Source of the DNA: Scyliorhinus canicula
Taxonomy: Eukaryota
NCBI RefSeq assembly: GCF_902713615.1
Contig: NC_052156.1
Span: forward strand, 3,344,648 to 3,408,647
DNA length: 64,000 nucleotides
Direction: 5' to 3'
Shown: positions 60,469 through 64,000 of the stretch, in pieces
Layout of the letters: each line of letters starts with the position of its first letter
Position numbering within the stretch: position 1 is the stretch's first letter
Notes under the pieces: generated by a model
Databases searched by the model: none
What the model saw: the letters and a program-made list of their open reading frames with translations, nothing else
What the model was told of the DNA's origin: nothing
Made by a program: the position numbers and the translations under genes

Positions 60469-63150
60469 CAAACCCGGAGCGGAGTTCAGCCAGTCCGGAT
60501 CCGGATCAAACACCAGCAAAACCCGGAGCGGAGCCTAGCCCGTCCGGATCCGGATCAAACCAGACCAAAACCCGGAGCAGAGCCCAGCCCGTCCGGATCC
60601 GGATCAAACACCAGCAAAACCCGGAGCGGAGCCCAGCCCGTCCGGATCCGGATCAAACACCACCAAAACCCGGAGCGGAGCCCAGCCCGTCCGGATCCGG
60701 ATCAAACACCACCAAAACCCGGAGCGGAGCCCAGCCCGTCCGGATCTGGATCAAACACCAGCAAAACCCGGAGCGGAGCCCAGCCCGTCCGGATCCGGAT
60801 CAAACCAGACCAAAACCCGGAGCGGAGCCCAGCCAGTCCGGATCTGGATCAAACACCAGCAAAACCCGGAGCGGAGCCCAGCCCGTCCGGATCCGGATCA
60901 AACACCAGCAAAACCCGGAGCGGAGCCCAGCCCGTCCGGATCCAGATCAAACACCACCAAAACCCGGAGCGGAGCCCAGCCCGTCCAGAGCCGGATCAAA
61001 CACCACCAAAACCCGGAGCGGAGCCCAGCCCGTCCGGATCCGGATCAAACACCACCAAAACCCGGAGCGGAGCCCAGCCCGTCCAGAGCCGGATCAAACA
61101 CCACCAAAACCTGGAGCGGAGCCCAGCCCGTCTGGATCCGGATCAAACACCACCAAAACCCGGAGCGGAACCCAGCCTGTCCGGATCCGGATCACTCACC
61201 GCCAAAACCCGGAGCGGATCCCAGCCCGTCCACATATGGATCAGAAACCACCAATACCCAGAGCGGAACCCAGCCCATCCAGATCTGGATCAGACACCAC
61301 CAAAACACGGGGCGGAGCCCTGCTCATCCGGATCCAGATCAGAAACAACCAAAACCCAGAGCGGAGCTCAGCCCGTCCGGATCCGGTTCAGACACCACCA
61401 AAACCCGGAGTGGATCCCAGACCGTCCAGCTCCGGATCAGACACCGTCAAAACCCAGAGCGAATCTCAGCCCGTCTGGATCCGGATCACACACCGCCAAA
61501 ACCCGAAGCAGAGTCCAGCCTGTCCGGATCCGGATCAGAAACCGACAAAACCCAAAGCGGAGCCCAGCCCGTCCGGATCCGGATCAGAAACCACCAAAAC
61601 CCAGAGCGGAGGTCACCCGTCCGGATCCGGATCAGACACCACCAAAACCCGGAGCGGAGCCCAGCCTGTCCGGATCCGGATCACTCACCGCCAAAACCCG
61701 GAGCGGATCCCAGCCCGTCCACATATGGATCAGAAACCACCAATACCCAGAGCGGAACCCAGCCCATCCAGATCTGGATCAGACACCACCAAAACACGGG
61801 GCGGAGCCCTGCTCATCCGGATCCAGATCAGAAACAACCAAAACCCAGAGCGGAGCTCAGCCCGTCCGGATCCGGTTCAGACACCACCAAAACCCGGAGT
61901 GGATCCCAGACCGTCCAGCTCCGGATCAGACACCGTCAAAACCCAGAGCGAATCTCAGCCCGTCTGGATCCGGATCACACACCGCCAAAACCCGAAGCAG
62001 AGTCCAGCCTGTCCGGATCCGGATCAGAAACCGACAAAACCCAAAGCGGAGCCCAGCCCGTCCGGATTCGGATCAGAAACCACCAAAACCCAGAGCGGAG
62101 GTCACCCGTCCGGATCCGGATCAGACACCACCAAAACCTGGAGCGGAGCCCAGCCCGTCCAGATCCGGATCAGCCACCGTCAAAACCCGGAGAGGAGCCC
62201 AGCCCGTCCGGATCTGGATCAGACTCCGCCAAAACCCAGAGCGGAGCCCAGAACGTCCAGATCCTGATCAGACACTGCCAAAACTCGGAGCGGAGCCCAG
62301 CCCGTCCGGATCCGGATCAGACACCGCCAAAACCCAGAGCAGAGCTCAGCGCGTCTGGATCCGGATCACACACCATCAAAACCCGGAGCGGAGTCTAGCC
62401 TGTCCGGATCTGGATCAGAAATTGCCAAAACCCAGATTGGAGCCCAGCCCGTCCAGATCCGGATCAGACTCCAACAAAACCCGGAGCGGAGCCCAGCCCA
62501 TCCGGATCAGAAACCGCCAAAACCCGGAGCGGATCCCAGACAGTCCGGATCCGGATCAAACACCACCAAAACCCGGAGCGGAGCACAGCCCATCCAGATC
62601 CGGATCAAACACCACCAAAAACCCGGAGTGGAGCCCAGCCCATCCGGATCCAGATCGGAAACCAGCAAAACCCAGAGCGAGTCCCAGACCGTCCGGATCT
62701 GGATCAAACACCACCAAAACCCGGAGCCCAGCCCGTCCGGATCTGGATCAGAGATCGCCAAAACCGGGAACGGAGCCCCGCCTGTCCGGATCTGACACCA
62801 CCAAAACCCGGAGCAGAGCGCAGTCCAGCCCGTCAGGATCTGGATCAGAAATCAGCAAACCCGGAGCAGAGCTCAGTCCGTCCGGATCCGGATAAGAAAC
62901 CGGGCATCAGGAAAAAACAGAGCAGAGCCCAGCCCATCCCGATCAGAAATCGGGCATCAATAAAACCCAGACTGGAGCGCAGCCTATCCGGATTAGAATC
63001 CGGCATTGGGAAAACCCGGAGACGAGCTCATCTTGATCCCGATCAAAAACCGGGCATCGGGAAAACATGGAGCGGAGCCTGTCTGGATCCGAAACTGGGC
63101 ATCGGGGAAACCCAGAGTGGAGCATGTCCGGATCCAGATAAGAAACCGGG
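60469..63150 (+). repeat. 49-bp tandem array (cccggagcggagcccagcccgtccggatccggatcaaacaccaccaaaa)n, roughly 50 copies
   Basis: Unit starts at 60669 and 60718; 489-bp higher-order duplication; degenerates distally. Confidence 0.96.
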
Positions 63151-63336
63151 CATTGGGTGATGTGACCACCGATTCACGCAAAACAGATGTAGCTGTAAAC
63201 TATGGCTTTAATCGACTAGAACAGTGCCTGCCTGTGACTGCTCTGCTACTGAGAGCTGCCTACAGGGTTACTGTGCTTTATATCTCAAGGGGAGGAGCCA
63301 GGGGCTGAGCCCACAAAGGCACCAACATTCAGCAGG

Positions 63337-64000
63337 CGCTCGGGAATGTGGATTGGGAGCAGCTGTTTAAGGGTAAATCCACATTTGAAATGTGGGAGTC
63401 TTTTAAGGAAAGGTTGATTAGAGTGCAGGACAGACATGTTCCTGTGAAAATGAGAGATAGAAATGGCAAGATTAGGGAACCATGGATGACGGGTGGAATT
63501 GTGAGACTAGCTAAAATGAAAAAGGAAGCATATGTAAGATGAAGATGACTTAAAACTGATGAAGCTTTGGAGGGCTATCGGGAAAGTGGGACAAATCTCA
63601 AACGCGCAATAAAGAGGGCTAAAAGGGGTCATGAAATATCTTTGGCTAACAGGGTTAAGGAAAATCCCAAAGCCTATTATTTGTATATAAGGAGCAAGAG
63701 GGTAACTAGAGAAAGGATTGGCCCACTCAAGACAAAAGAGGGAATTTATGCATGGACTCAGAGGAAATGAGTGAGATTCTTAATGAGTACTTTGCATCGG
63801 TATTCACCAAGGAGAGGGACATGACGGATGTTGAGGTTAGAGATGGATGTTTAAATACTCTAGGTCATGTCGGCATAAGGAAGGGGGAAGTTTTGGGCAT
63901 TCTAAAAGGCATTTAGGTGGACATGTCCCCAGGACCGGATGGGATCTATCCCAGGTTACTGAGGGAAGCGAGGGACAAAATAGCTGGGGCCTTAACAGAT
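63337..64000 (+). mobile_element. CR1 LINE ORF2 fragment (runs off window end)
   Basis: DWEQLF, EPWMT, KENPKAYY, NEYFASVF, SPGPDGIYP motifs, with stops. Confidence 0.9.

Larger units (their letters stand above)
59480..63150. promoter_or_regulatory. CpG-island-like region over ZXDC exon 1 and the upstream array (likely promoter)
   Basis: Visibly high GC and CpG density against CpG-poor flanks; covers the first coding exon. Confidence 0.65.

Noticed and set aside
60127-62895. 922-aa and 636-aa + strand ORFs
   Set aside because: The 49-bp unit has no stop in any + frame and is not a multiple of 3, so the same three peptides cycle in every frame; the N-terminal part is just antisense to GC-rich ZXDC exon 1.
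63158-63330. Possible LTR fragment between the array and the CR1
   Set aside because: LTR-like composition, but I could not establish termini, a TSD or a second copy.

Overview
Eukaryotic, repeat-rich vertebrate DNA, most likely from a shark or other elasmobranch (HE1-type SINEs, abundant CR1 LINEs). It holds two convergent spliced genes. On the + strand is the 3' part of CFAP100/CCDC37 (6 well-supported exons 8262-28834, plus one tentative upstream exon). On the - strand is a complete 10-exon ZXDC (60431->36203; 2586 nt CDS, 861 aa, ten C2H2 fingers), with GT-AG junctions and phases checked by hand. The rest is mostly transposon-derived: CR1, L2/CR1-like, Rex1-like, L1 and Tx1-like LINEs, a decayed Gmr1-like Ty3/gypsy provirus with a tRNA-Pro PBS plus related solo LTRs, GC-rich Harbinger-like MITEs, three SINE families, Penelope-like LTR fragments and several minisatellites. 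There is a 288-N assembly gap. The most notable observations are: (1) a ~2.7-kb CpG-rich 49-bp tandem array with a 489-bp higher-order duplication, starting ~38 bp upstream of the ZXDC ATG; (2) a structurally complete minimal hammerhead ribozyme motif with a compensatory U3-A8 core, on the sense strand of ZXDC intron 6; (3) a 75-bp-arm near-perfect hairpin insertion with a 16-bp TSD in ZXDC intron 9; (4) minisatellites that appear to have arisen inside transposons. I found no evidence for a novel multi-gene system; the long ORFs in the track over repeats are artefacts.
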